Under the pieces are notes generated by a model. The model was not told where the DNA came from. It did no database searches and saw only the letters and a list, made by a program, of their open reading frames with translations. Positions 39,990-53,972 of a stretch of 64,000 nucleotides of DNA are shown here, piece by piece (position 1 is the first letter of the stretch; the number at the start of each line of letters is the position of its first letter). Location of the stretch: positions 26,972,001-27,036,000 of the forward strand of contig CM059433.1 in assembly GCA_030390025.1 (NCBI GenBank), given 5' to 3'. The DNA comes from Squalus acanthias. Its lineage: Eukaryota. The translations under genes and the position numbers were made by a program.

Positions 39990-41170
39990 TTATTGGAAGC
40001 GCTGTCTAATGAGGCAATCACGAACGACCCTTGCAGAAGCAAGATTGAGTGCCTCCCTCCTCCATTGCTGCTGCTCCTCCTCCTCTTCATCTTCCTCCTC
40101 CACCTCCTCCTCCTGTCCCTCTTCCTCCTCTTGAGGTGGACCTGCAATCTCTGGTGGTAATGGCTGGGCCCTCAGAATGGCCAGGTTGTGCAGCATGCAG
40201 CACACAACAATGAAAAGGGAGACTCGATCAGGGGAGTACTGCAGGGCTCCTCCAGAGCAGTCAAGGCAGCAGAACCATTGCTTTACCACCCCGATAGTCT
40301 GTTCGATCAGGTTCCTGGTGGCACTATGGCTGCCATTGTATGCGTGCTGAGCAGGAGTGTTGGGGTTGTGGAGGGGTCTCATCAGCCAGGTGGCGAGTGG
40401 ATAACCCTTGTCTCCGAGCAGCCAGCCGCGTTCTTCATGTGGTGGGTGGAACAGGTCTGGGACACCAGTCTGGTGCAGCATGAATGCACTGTGGCTGCTG
40501 CCAGGATAGCGGGCATTGACGGTGAGGATGCGCTATCTGTGGTCGCACACCAACTGAACGTTCAGAGAGTGGTAGCCTTTGCGGTTACGGAAGACCCGTG
40601 GGTGCCACGTGGGTGCAGTCAATGGCGCCCTGAACCATGGGAGAAGCTTGCTATCCTTGCAAAGTCACATGAGCGTTCATCCTGTTTCTCCCTGCTCATA
40701 GGGAATGAGATGTACTCCCTTCTCCTTCTGTACAGAGCGTCTGTCACCTCCTGGATGCAGCAATAGACGGCGAACTGTGAAATGTTTGCAATATCCCCTG
40801 TTGAAGCCTGGAAGGAGCCGCTGGCATAGAAATTGAGAGCGACTGTGATCTTCACTGTCACTGAGAGAGATGTCCTGGTCCTGATCTGAGGCTGGAGGTC
40901 TGGCTGCAGGAGGTGGCAAAACTCTGTTACCACCTCCTTGCTGAAGCGGAGCCTTCTAAGACACTGCTCCTCTGAGAGATTAATGTAGGAGAACTGCTCC
41001 CGGAATACCCTGGGAGGGTAAGGTCTCCTGTTGAGAGCCCTGGTGGCCCACCTCCCTCTGGCCACCTTTTCCAATCTTTCTCTCTGCCTCCGCTGCCGAC
41101 GGTGACGCTGGAGGGCGAGGTCCAGTGCCAGTACAGCCCCCGTTAAGTGTTGGAAATGTGGAACAATCAA
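39990..41170 (-). pseudogene. Harbinger (HARBI1-like) DDE transposase, frameshifted
   Basis: RRLRFSKE, ALNFYASGSFQ, GAIDCTHVA (after a frameshift near 40640), LLGDKGYP, IEQTIG, CCMLHNLA. Confidence 0.9.
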
Positions 41171-44100
41171 ATGTAATTCAAATGAAAGTGATAAATTTTT
41201 CTCAGGAGCAAAACTCCTTCAAGTAGAAAAAGCTCAAATCGGTATAAACGCCTGTCTGCTTCTGTCAAACTGACAAGGTGCATTGTTTGCTGACTAAAAA
41301 AAACCCCGGAAGTTCACACCTTTAAATAGCGCTCCTCCAGCTCTCAACCGACTGCAAACTGCCTCCTCTACCTGTCGTTCCTAACAGCAGGCGCTGAGGC
41401 AGGGGGCAAGAATGAATTTCCGGTCCAGGGCGATGCGCGGTCGGATGACGTCATGATCTCTGGCCACAGGCGGGCGTGGCGATAGTGGTTAGTGCTGCCG
41501 CAAACCGTCAGGTGAATTTCGGCGGTGACGCTAACATCGCCGCGCCCGGGCGGTAAGTCGTTAGCGCCCCCTGAAGGTGCTAATGGGAGGCGCTAAAGTA
41601 CCCAATTTCTAGCCCCCAATCTTTCTTTCTTTAAATGGAATACAGCACAAAAATTCTGTGCAGGAGAAAACTTATTTTGAAATATTTTGTAGTATTTGTC
41701 ATGCATATTCATTACATTGTGAATACATGCAGGTATGGCAATGTTTAAATTAAATAAATTCCTAGACACAATCCCCAATTGGATGGTGTGACATTGAACA
41801 ATACAGGGAGCTGATCTCATTTGGGAGCTGATCTCATTTACAACCGATGTTCCTGGGCTAGGAATGTTAAAAAAAAAGGCCGAGGTTTCTATTCCTGATT
41901 CCTGCTGCAAACCCCAGCTATGTGGATATTGGATGGAGATGGGGTTTGGATTGGCTGTGATGTTGCATGGTGGAAAAGCCTGCCAACACTTGCAGTCTAG
42001 GCTTACATATTAAGAAGGGCTGGCTGCCTACAGCAATTGCACACTAGTATGAGTCATCGGTTTTAGGAGATGAGGGGAGAGAAAGGATGAAAAATCCCAT
42101 AAGCAGAAGAGATTGGCAGCTATCAGAATATAGAAAACAATGAGATACAAGAGATGAAATAACCAAATACTACTTTACAGTGACATTACTCTAACAGACA
42201 ACTGTTACTTAGCATTATGCTGGCTATGTTGTATATCCTCCAACTTTTACCTTCATGACTATGTATACATTTGGTGCACTGTGGCACACAATGAAACATA
42301 ATTTTTACTTTACATACTCAGATATAATGGAAATACAACAAGTAACATGACACGAGCATGAAGCCAATTCATTAGTATGCACAATTATTGCAATACCACA
42401 AAGTGCAGTCGTGTATATATTTTCAAAGACCCTGGAGTGTCTGATACACTGCATATGATAGATATGTTGTGCATACACATTATATACCGAGATCAGAACA
42501 CAGATTACTGATCCTTGATAAATTTAGAATAGTGGATCAGAGTAACGTCAAAAATACAGGTGGAACGTTCAAATTTGGCAGGGGTGTAAAACAGGTGGTA
42601 GCGATCGACTGCCTGTTATACATGCTGCCTGATTCTCCTTTCCACTGACTTCAATGGGGCGGGGTGTATAATGGGCAGCCGATCCACTACCGTCTGTTTT
42701 ACACCCTGGCAACCCCCCCTCCCCCACAAAAGTTCCACCCTACAATTTCTAGTGCTGAATAGAGTTGCAAAGAGTTGAGTAATGTAAGAGGTGAACATTT
42801 TCTTAATGTTTGGATGGAACATAAGTCAATTTCTCTGTCTCTGGTGTTTCAATCTTGGATTACATTTAAGGGCAGAGGTTATTTGGGAATATTAATACAT
42901 TTACCTTTAGTGTGCTGAAAATCTAGCTGAATACAAGGCAGAAATCTACAAGTACTGCTAAACAAATGCGTAGATTGACACTGTGGATATTGAAATCCAG
43001 AATTAACCTAAAAATATGAAAGTTTAAAAAGTGTAATTTTTTGAAGAACAATATGATGATTGACTGTTGTTATAAAATAAATCAGTATCCCCAATATTTT
43101 CCTTGGTGCATTTTGTATTTAAAATAATGCACAGAGGATGATATCAGGAAATTTACCAATAACTTTGCCCATCCAATTTACAAAATATTATATATTCATC
43201 CTTACCCAGTCTGGCCTATATTAGACTCTAGTTCCATATCAACAAGGTTGACTCTTAACTGCCCTCTGAAGTGGCCTAGAAAGCCACTCAGTTGTATCAA
43301 AACCACTGCAATAGTTGAAGGAGAAGGCCCGCCACTCCCTTCTCAGGGCAACTCGGGATGGGCAATAAATGGAGACTTTGCCAGGGTCGCCCAAGAATGA
43401 ATTCAATAAAATCACACAGCTACAATTTTACTGATACCTGCTTTTTATTTCCAGATTTAAAAAAAAGCAAGAATGCAGTAGTCCCTAGGTCTACAATAAA
43501 CATTGATAATGAAAATATTGTACAAATTACTTTATTTACGGTGGTCAATGAAAGCGCAAAGGAGTTCATTGTAGTTTTGATGTCTCCAGGTTCATTTTAT
43601 AATGCAGTGAATCTTGAATTTAGGTCCCACTGTTGGTGAAAAATGATAGATGTACTTTTATTTCCAAACGGAGATGTCTGGACTATTAATTATTACCCTA
43701 TAGCCTGCTGAAAACCACCATAGAAATATATGATAAGTGGGCTTATATTAAGGTAAATAAATCTTTATACAGTTTAATTTAGCTAAATTGTAGACTAATA
43801 TTTACTGTTCACTAACTGAGTTGGAACATTGGAACCATTTCTCTCTTGGCAGCTGTTCCATGCAAAGAGTACTAGTATGCAAAATCATGATAAATATATT
43901 AATCCTGAAACAGTAATAAAGCAGCCCAATAAAAGTAAATCTTAGCAGAAGCATATTTTGAGGTTTAATTTCATTCTCCTACAAAATGGATTTTTCTTTT
44001 AATGAAGATTTACAAAGGTACAAAAAAGCAGCAAAATAAAGATTGGGAAAAAAAGCAGGACAACTTTCTAAACAAAGGAAAGGCTAACAAATATTTCTTG

Positions 44101-44721
44101 AGCTGGTTTTCTTTTTTTTACTTTAATATTCTTAGAAGTCACTTAAGGATAAATTGCAAGAGTTATGTTGTAACTGTATTAAGTATACATCTCAGATGGT
44201 GCACATATGAGACTTTGCAAACTAATCAGAGTGCATTCTTTAGAACATCTTTACAATTGTTGATATCAGTAGGAAGGTTATTTTATCTGATTCAATTCAC
44301 TAAAAGATAAAAGCAGTAACTCACATTAAGAAATTGACCATGGTTTTATCGAAGAAATAACAGATACTACCAGATCAAAGCATGTTGTACAGCAAGCTCA
44401 ATAATAGATAATACAATATCCGACCTCTCCATCTCTCAGCATAGCATTAAATAACAAATACAACTGATGTAAATAAAACAGAAAAATGGAATGAAAACCA
44501 ACAACACATATGTAGCTAATGATCTCTTCTAAGCAGTTGATATTCCTCTTATTTTAGCAATGGATCAGTAAAAGTTGGTCAATAATGCAGAACATAGGTA
44601 CTCTCATGTAAATCTTCCTGAGACTTCTTTTAGGACTTTTCAAAGATAAGCACCAGTTTGAGTAATGTCCACTATAAACTCACTCCAAGTTCATTTGTAC
44701 AACGTGGATGACGATACAGCT

Positions 44722-44909
44722 TCAATAGTTTGGTCCTTTTCTAAAGGGATCTCTTCCTACTAATGCTACATAACATAGAGATGGTTGACATGTTCCAGGT
44801 GGACCTGGAGGTCCCGCTCTCCCTGATTTTCCAGGATCTCCGGCTTTTCCAGGTGAGCCAGGCCTTCCTGGGTACCCTTCTTTACTAATTCCAGGTAAGC
44901 CCGTAGATC
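44722..44909 (-). CDS. COL21A1: Collagen alpha-1(XXI)-like, last coding exon (Gly-X-Y end and NC1)
   Basis: Acceptor tttctgttcag, phase 1; [15 protein letters not shown]...[32 protein letters not shown] CxxxxC motif and the [10 protein letters not shown] end of COL21A1. Confidence 0.9.
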
Positions 44910-45956
44910 CTGAACAGAAAGAAAGATAATTCAGGAATTGTTCAACCAAAACAGCAGGCTAATTATGATATAAAGCTTTGTTTCTATGTTTTCAATATAG
45001 GTTTTGTATTGTTAAAATGTTTAATGTTAAACAGATGATCTGGTCATTATCTCATTGGTGTTTGTGGGAGCTTGCTGTGTGCAAATTGGCTGCCACGTTT
45101 CCTACATTACAACAGTGACTCCACTTCAAAAGTACTTAATTGGCTGCAAAGCGCTCTGGGACGTCCTGAGATTGTGAAAGGCACTACATAAATGCAAGTC
45201 TTTCTTCTTCGATAAATGTTGAATTATGTTATATTCACATCATTTGACAATGGTGGGGGGGCAGCGGCCCAGAGTATTATTGTAGGGAACGGGAGAGCAC
45301 TCCTGCTCCGACTGGCCCCACTAAAAGAATTTAAGCAGTACCTTTTTGGAGGTTCTTCTGCTGTTCCGCCCTAAAACTGGCACTATTCCTGGCAAAATCG
45401 TAAAAATATTCTTTTAGAATACATTTATGATTTCACTAGAAATGTCAATGCAGGAAATCTTCCCACAATGTTTACAACATTGATAACAATTGTTACCAGA
45501 GGAAATTTTCCTTCCATAGGAGGGAAATTTTTCATGTTACATGCTCCTGCTGTGTGACAGGCGTGGAAATTTGGGATGGTGGACTGCAGGTAATATACCT
45601 GCTTTCTGCCGGTCTACAGTACAGTGAAGTGGCGATTATTATGCTGCTGGCTCTGTGTACTTTTTCATTAATTCATGCGTTTTACAATTAATTTGGGTAT
45701 GATTTCCAATATCATCTTGAGTTGCTGTTTTATAGATATAGGTCTTTGCATTGCAACTGTGCAAGTAGATTTTTATTTGCTTCTGGCTGTTATAATAAAA
45801 TAGAACTAGGCCTAAAGAGATCATGAGAACAGTGTTACCACTTAATTACATAATGAAAAGCTACTGTTAGAGTTTGGTTAACCACATTGGTTCTTGGCCG
45901 CATACAGGCACTAATGCACAATGTTGCCTGATAGAGCCAATATGTACAGCTGTAAT

Positions 45957-46705
45957 GGCCCGGAATTTGCAGTCCGGATGATGGCAAACTGTCAACATAT
46001 GCCATCATTCCGCCTTTGCAGCTTCGGGAATTGGCGCAGGCGCATGCGGAAATCCTGATGTTGTGGTTTATGTCATTCACTGCTCCTCCACAGGCTGCGC
46101 TGTGCAACCCCCCACCCTGCACAGAGCCGGCAAATCAATGAAACCACTCAAATCAATGAAACTGACGAAAATGTCGGCTCTTCCGCAGTAATTACGCTGA
46201 TAAATTTCCTACGATTAGGTGTAACTGGGGTTTTAACAACGTATTGACTGCTAAGCAAAGGTTATGAGCCAGAAAAACTAATTTTAATTTTGTGCAGCAT
46301 GAAATTTATCCATTTTAATAAAAATAAAACATTTTAAGAAACTTAAAAAATTTTTTTTTTTTTTAAAGTTTGTCCATATTTATTTCAGGTTTGCCTTTTC
46401 CCCAAGTGAGAGCCCCAATCTTTGTTTTGCTCTCGCTAACATTTTTAAAAAGTTGGAACTTTAAGAGCTTACCCAGTTCCTGGTTCGCTGTCTGTGAGAA
46501 TTCTGCATTTTGATTGGCTGCTTAGGCAGCTTGTTGATGTCACAGCAGCTCGCACAAGGGGATCCCCACTAACCTCCGTTGATTTGAGTTGAACATCAGA
46601 AAACCCGAAGTTCTCGACACCGAGATCGCGAGATCTTTGTGCAAAGCTTACTTCGGGGCCAGTGACGAACGACTTTGCTTCGCCGCTGACCGCAAACTCC
46701 GGGCC
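45957..46705. mobile_element. Harbinger MITE
   Basis: TIRs GGCCCGGAATTTGC...GCAAACTCCGGGCC; perfect AAT TSD. Confidence 0.85.
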
Positions 46706-49355
46706 AATGTGTTTGATGTACTGGGAAGATTTGGATGAAGGGAACACTTCACTTATTTTGTGACTGCAACAAACATCAGTTGGATGGAAAATCCTGTATA
46801 AGTTGAGTTTATCTTGGCAACCATGCAGTTACAGTGATAAATTTGTCATGAGTTCAACATCAGCATACTCTATAAATAACACATTTATTATGGCTCTAAA
46901 CAAAAAAAAACTTTGATAAGTGTACTTGTCCTATTTGACTCAAAGGTGATTCCACTGTAAATTAAATTGTCAAAGTATAAAAAAAATTTGGGACCACCAC
47001 TCAGCACGACCGAAACTTGTTTATGTAACCCTAAACCATGCAAAAGCTGTATGACGTACACTTCACGATGAATTGCACTAAACAAAGTTTGCACAAAACA
47101 TTTGAGAACAAAAAAAAACAGAAGCAGCTTTTAGAGTCAAGTTTAACTTTTGCTTTTGAAATGTATGTCGTTCACTGGAGTGAAAAGCTACGATGCATTA
47201 CTGAACATCTATTCTCACTGAGACCTGTGGGGTTTCAGTGCTACAATATCCTGTCCATCTGTGTATGCTTGTGTAGACCAGATCCTATATGCATCGTTGT
47301 TTCCACGAACTTTGGCTTGTTTGGCTGTGGGGATGTTGTCATGATGATCATTGACATTTGACTTGTGTGTAAATGCATTTTCACTACTCTCCACCTCTCC
47401 CTTGTTACAATGATTGTTCTCTAAGAGAATCTCTGTGACCATTTTATATGCGAGGAGAAACAGGAACAGCATGTTTTTTACTTGTGCATTTGCTGCTGTG
47501 TTACATCACATCACAGGAATGCGATCTAAATTGTTCATATAAATCAGCAGTTTTGTTTCCATTAGAATAAATTGGTGTTTGAGTAAATGTCCCCTTTAAA
47601 TGATGATTCCTATTCACACATTACACATTTTTTTCTTACCAATTTTCTCCTCGTATAGTAGTTTTCTCACATGCAGATAATATACCTGTATTTTATATTC
47701 ATGCTTGTATAAGTCAATCCCCTGTGGTGATGCATATGGGAAGTCAAGACCAAGTGCAGGGTTAGAGGGTGAGGGATAATTGAATTGGACCAAGGAGGGG
47801 AAGAACGAGAGAGGGAACTTGCATTTTATAGCACTTTTCACATCCTCATGACATTCTAAAGTGCTTCACAGCATTGAAGTTGTTTTAAAGCGTTGTAATA
47901 TATGGAAATGTGGCAGCCAATTTGCACACAGCATGGTCCTACAAACAGCATTGTGATAATGACCAGATAATCTGTTTTGGTGGTGTTGGCAAGGACACAG
48001 GGAGAACTCTCCCACTATTCTTCAAATACTGCCATGGGATCCTTTATATCCACCTAAGAGGTCATTGGTTTAGTCTCTCATATGAAAGACAGAAACTCTG
48101 ACAGTGAAGTTGTCAGCCTGGATCATGCACTCATGTCTCTGGAGTGGAGCTTGAATCTATGATCGTCTAACTCAGAGGTGAGAGTGCTACCCACTGAGCT
48201 GTCCCTGACACTAAGGGAAGAGGGAGGAGATATAGAGAGAGAGAGGAAAGAGAGGGGGAGAAAGAAGTAGGAAGCAGGGGAGAATGGGAAGATTTAGAGA
48301 GGGGGGGAGTTTGGTTCCAATAAGCTAAGTGATGCTTACTTGGGGGGTTGGGATGTAGGAGGAGGAGAAGAGATGTGCTCAGATGAGGAGGCTGGGATCT
48401 GGTAACCAAAATAATAGTGGATGAGGCAGATGTTGTTCAACTGGTTAGTGTGTGGGTGGAGGGGTGGGGGGCGGTGGTGGTACTTCACTGAGGAGGGTTG
48501 GCTCCAAATACCTATGTATTGCCTAGTGTATATCGGTTGATGGGGTTCCTTCCAGGTATGTGTGTTCATTGTGAGAGGAGGTAGCATGAAACCTTTGCTG
48601 ATGGTGGAGGGAGAAAGAAATTCCGATGTGGTTTTGAGGTATGGTCGTAATATCTCTACTCCAGATGGTGGAGGGGGAGGTGTTGCACTGTCTGCTCAGT
48701 GTTGGGAGGGGAAATCCAATGGATGGGGAGCTATGGTCAGACTGCAATATTTATGAGCAGTGGGCAGCAGAGAGAATAAGGGTTTGTGGTCTGATGTCTG
48801 AATTTCTATCCAGTTGGGTGGGGTTGCATGGGTAGGTTCAATCTGGATTCCTGTTCCTATGCCTCAATTTCTGCCCCGCAGGGCAGTTCAATGTGGGTTT
48901 GTGTTCCGATGCCTCAATTTGTTCTTAGTGGGCGTGGAAAGGTGAAATGAGATTAGAGATATGAGCTCCATTAACTCTGGTCAGGGAGTGGTTGGAGAGA
49001 AAGAGTTCCTTCCAGGAACGGTCAGCAAAACTTGTTGCTCATGCAGCCACGGATCGTGGTTGCTTACTGGGCCTGGTTGTCATTATGTGAGCCAAATATT
49101 GCTAATGTTGTTTCCTGTCTAGCAGCAGAGTTACATTCCGATTGTTTCTCTCCTCTATCCCTGGTCTTCCTAGGTGACCCAGAAGACTTCAGAGGGCTTC
49201 TGCCTTCTTATTTGGTGCTGTCTGACATGTGTGAGTGATCTGCTGAATGAGTATCGATTACTTCTAAAACATTCTCAAGGTTAAACGTTTGTCTTCTTTC
49301 CCACTTGAATGTGTTGTTGCCTCCCAAATCAATGCCCACCTTTCCCGCAACTCTA

Positions 49356-51097
49356 GCCGGGATTTTCCTTACCTCGGCGAGTCCGGGGTGGGCGATGTCA
49401 GTGGCGGGTTGGGGCCCCGCTGCTGGCTCCATCCTGTTGCCTAAAAGGAACTTACGTTGCTGGGGCTTGTTAGGCCCGCCCAGCGCGTTTTCCGGTCCAA
49501 TTAGAAGAAGCGGGTCTGGTGACGTCATTCTGACGTGTCATCAGCCGGTTTCCTTAAAGGGACGATGGCCAACTTTGTTTTGAGATTTGTGCTGTCAGTG
49601 TTCTACAGCATTGAAGTGCTGCAAACACTGACAATGACTGCACAGAGGCAGAGGGCTACACCCAGGTTCTCCCATGACTCCCTCCATATGCTTATGGAGG
49701 GAGTCACAGCACACAAGGAGGTCCTCTTCCCTTCCCATGGGCGGAAGAGACCTCCCCAGGACACCAACGCAGCCTGGTTGCAGATTGCAGAGGAAGTCAC
49801 AAGCAGGGATGTGTTCAGGAGGATCTGGGTGCAGTGGCGCAAACCTTTCATAGATCTCATTAGATCACAAAATATTAGTACAAAGCCACACTCACCTTCA
49901 TCCTCGTGTGCCTCTCATCACATCCCCATCACTCTGCCTTCCCTATCCTACTCCTGCACATCCTTACTCATACCAACATACCTTGCGCATCCACCCACCT
50001 CTCTCTCTCTATCTACATTATCACATCCCCATCTCACTAGCCACCCCTCACACTCACCCTCATCCTAGTGCAATCGTACCAACTAACAATACACAAGGGT
50101 AGCCACTTGGGTCCTTTATCCAATGTTCATGTGAAGTTTCTGTTCATGTGCTGCCAAACATTTGAAACCTTTATTTTCAACATTTTGCATTCTTGGACAG
50201 ATTTGTATGCACCTTGGAAGTGGCTTAGTGAGTTGCAGTGAATGGTGAGAAATAACGGTACCCCCCGCAATGGTGGTGAGTGTGAAAGGAATGGCTTGGG
50301 CATTGTAGGGATGCTTTATGGTGTTGGTGTGGGGTGGTGCCAACCTGGCGCATCATGTGGTAGCCAGGTTGTACAGCATCAAGTGAAGTAAATCTGGCCA
50401 TGGTGAGGCCATCCCTGGCCTCCCAGGCAACAATGTGCTCGGGTGCTAATGCCCTCTGTCCTGTGCAGCATCAGTTGATTGCGGAGAAGTTTGGTGTTGC
50501 TTTTGGTGCTGCTGGTGTGCCTGGTGCTGTTGGTATTGGGGTTGATTGTGGTCGGATTCTGAGGACCAAGGTGAGACAGTATAAAGGGCACCCATGTTGA
50601 TGGAATAGATGGCAGGTGAAGTAGAGAGGGCAGAAGCATTCTGTCAATGGTGAGAGAGTTCTTCCAATGAGGTGAGAGTGGATGGAGAGTGGAAAGCCTG
50701 CAGAATCTGTGCTGGAAATGGACTGAGAAACAGCTTGTGGCTGAAGAAAGTGACGATCTGTCAAGTGGGAGCTTTTACTGTACATTTGAAGCTGTCAAGT
50801 AATCAGCTGGAGCAATGGGCATTCAACTCCCGCCTCAGGTTCACAGACGTGGTCCCCGAGCAGCGTGAACCCTGTGGGCGAGTTAAAGAGAAAAGGTAAG
50901 GATAAGGCATTATTAAGGGTCTGTCAACAACCCAATAATTGTTTTAATGGGGTCGCCTGCCTCTGCACACATGTGCCTGTGGGAAAGGCGCGTTGCAGTG
51001 GGTTGACAGTGGGGTCCCGACCTGCTGTCAAAAAAATCAAATTTCCCACCCGACCCGCCACTGATCCCGCCCGCTGACCCCCCGGGAAATTCCCCCC
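49356..51097 (+). mobile_element. Internally deleted Harbinger element (Myb remnant on +)
   Basis: Ends gccgggattttcc...gggaaattcccccc; ATPRFSHDSLHMLMEGV...AWLQIAEEV...WVQWRKPF. Confidence 0.75.
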
Positions 51098-51182
51098 TTT
51101 ATGTTTGAATCCCTCCAATCAGGTTTCAGTCCATGCCACGGCACTGAAACAGCCCTTATCAAAGTCACAAATGACATCCTAT

Positions 51183-52756
51183 GGCCGCGATTTTGCCGGC
51201 GCTCAGAGGGCGGGTTTGGAGGCAGGTCAGAGGTTAAAGCCGTTTGGATTGATGACGGATTCCGAACCCGCCGTCATCCCCCCTCCACACAACCTTCCCA
51301 AGTGTCGGGTCCCCGATTTCCGAATGGACCCAACACCTAGCGGCGGGAAACGGATTAAAGGCAATTAACTGCCTATTAACAGGTACTTGTGAGCAATTTT
51401 CAGGGTCTTTTTCGATTTTCCAGCTTCTGGGTCGGATTTTACGACGTCCGGACAACACACCAGTTAAGTGTGGCGTGTTGTGAGTCTGGTCTGATGTTTG
51501 TGAAAAGATGACAGCTGCAGAAGTGGTGTCAAGGATGCCATGTCACAGATGGTAAGTTTCAGAGCAAAGAAAATGTTGGTTACTGCATTTTTAATACATA
51601 TACAGATTTCTTTAGCTTACAAGTTTTTAAATCCAACTGTATGTCCAGTGCCACCTCATTGGGAGAACCTCTCTCACCAGTGACAGATCACTTCTGTTAT
51701 CTCACCTGCAGCTGCCATCTATTCCGGCAACATCGGAGCCAATGAAACAATCAGACCTTGGTCCTCCAAACCCTTCCACAATCATCCCCAACACCAACAT
51801 CATCACCCTCATCACCAACCTTCGCCACCATCACCTGATGCAGCACTGGACACAGGGCATTAGCCCCTGACAAAATTGCTGGCTGGGAGGCCAGCGATGG
51901 CATCACCATGGCCAGACTTTCTTCACTTGATGCTGTAAACCCTGGCTGCCACATGATGCGCCAGGTTGACACCATCCCACATCAGCACCGTGAAGCATCC
52001 CTTTAATGTCCAAGCCATTCCATGCACACACATCACTACAGTGGGGTTGGGGGGGTGCGGGGGGGGGGGGGGGGGGGGTGGTGAAGTTATGACTGAACAA
52101 TCACTAGAACTCAGTAAGACACTTCTCAATGTGCGCTCAGATCTGTCCAATAAGGGGCACTTTTTGAAAAAGAGATTTCACTGTATGACAACACATTACC
52201 AGAAACTTCACATGGACATTGGCTAAACCTCTCAAGTGCCCACCCTTGTGTGTTGTTAGTTGGTATGCTTGCAGTAGAATGAGGGTGAATGTGAGGGGTG
52301 GCTAGTGAGATGGGGAAGTGATAAAGTAGATAGAGAGGGTTGGGTGGAGGTGCAAGGTAAGTTGATGTCCTGGGGAGGTCTCTTCCGCCCTTGGAAGGGA
52401 AGAGAACCTCCTTGCGTACTATGACTCCCTCCATAAGCATATGGAAGGAGTCATTGGAGAGTCTGGGTGCAAGAGTTCACCTTTGTGCAGTGATTGCCAG
52501 TGTTTTCAGCACCTCAATGCTGTCAAACACTGAAAAGTCAACTGTCAAAATAAAATTGTGCATGGTCCCTTTAAGGAAACCGGCAGATGATGCGTCATCA
52601 AATGACGTCATCAGAACCGCTTCCTGTTAATTGGCCGGTAAACAAGGCCAATCAAGGGACAATCACGTCTGCAGAACGGAGGCAGCTGGGGGCGGGACTG
52701 GAACCCGGAAACCAGCTGACCCGCCCCATCCCGACACCGCTAAGAAAATCGCGGCC
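51183..52756 (-). mobile_element. Internally deleted Harbinger element (Myb remnant on -)
   Basis: Perfect 12-bp TIR GGCCGCGATTTT; flanks tat and tgt; MLMEGVIVRKEVLFPS. Confidence 0.8.
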
Positions 52757-53972
52757 TGTGTGTCTGTGACCAGGGTAAACTCTCCCTCCTCATTCTTCTC
52801 GATCTGTCTGCAGCCTTTGACACGGTTGACCACACAATTCTCTTCCAACGCCTCTCCTCCATTGTCCAGCTGGATGGGACGGCCTTCGCTTGGTTCCATT
52901 CTTATCTATCCAGACATAGCCAAAGAATCACCTGCAATAGCTTCTCTTCCCGCTCCCGCACCATTACCTCTGGAGTCTAATAAGGATCTATAATTGGCCC
53001 CCTCCTATTTCTCATATACATGCTGCCCCTCGGCGACATCTTCCGAAAACACAGTGCCAGTTTCCACATGTACACTGACGACACCCAGCTCTACCTCACC
53101 ACCACTTCTCTCGATCCCTCCACTGTCTCTAAATTGTCAGACTGCTTGTCTGACATCCAGTACTGGATAAGCAGAAATTTCTTTGAACTAAATATTGGGA
53201 AGACCGAAGCCATTGCCTTCGGTCCCCGCCACAAATTCTGTCCGCTAGCCACCGACTCCATCCCTCTCCCAAGCATTTGTCTGAGGCTGAACCAGACCGT
53301 TCGCAACCTTGGTGTCATATTTGACCCCAAAATGAGATTCCAACCACATATCTGCACTATAACTAAGACCACCTATTTTCACCTCCGTAACATCGCCTGA
53401 CTCCGCCCCTTCCTCAGCTCATCTGCTGCTGAAACCCTCATCCATGCCTTTGTTACCTCTAGACTTGACTGTTCCAAAGCACTCTTGGCTGGCCTCCCAC
53501 GTTCTACCCTACGTAAACTTGAGGTCATCCAAAACTCTGCTGCCCATGCCCATATTGTGTCCATACACAATAATATAGAATATATCCAATAATAATTAAT
53601 AAATGATACAGGTATATGTGTGTTTGTATCAATTGTTATTTTGATATACCTTGTTTGAAACCAAGATAAAAGAAACACCAGGAATGGATAATTCGTGGTA
53701 AATCTGTGTTTATAAGGTTGTATTTTTTTCATTCACTCCCTCTTCCCAGAATCACTGTAAAATCACCCTGGAAGCTTAACTTGTGTTGATAAAAAGAATG
53801 AGTTCTGACTACGAGTCTACACTGAAACATTTAACCTGCCTTTTCTCGTTTCGAGATGCTGGTGTAGCTTCTGTGTATTTTCAGCATTTTCTGTTTTTAT
53901 TTTCGACTTGTGCTGAGGTGATCTATCTTTTCAGAAATGAAAACAAGATATACTGTTAACGTATTACAGTAC

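Larger units (their letters stand above)
37550..41616. mobile_element. Near-complete two-gene Harbinger/PIF transposon (convergent Myb/SANT and transposase genes); left TIR not found
   Basis: Right end aatttctagcccc resembles the TIR of the 30179-34889 element; both characteristic genes present. Confidence 0.85.
49303..53548 (+). mobile_element. L2 LINE RT fragment, split by two Harbinger insertions
   Basis: FESLQSGF...TETALIKVTNDIL, MLPLGDIFRKH...YTDDTQLY, RNLGVIFD; the sequence rejoins across both inserts. Confidence 0.8.

Noticed and set aside
39990..41170. Host HARBI1 gene
   Set aside because: It is frameshifted, paired with a Myb ORF and next to a TIR, so it is a transposon copy.
48270..49260. 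Possible Penelope- or DIRS-like remnant (also 26560-26900)
   Set aside because: Too decayed; no diagnostic RT or endonuclease motif could be read.
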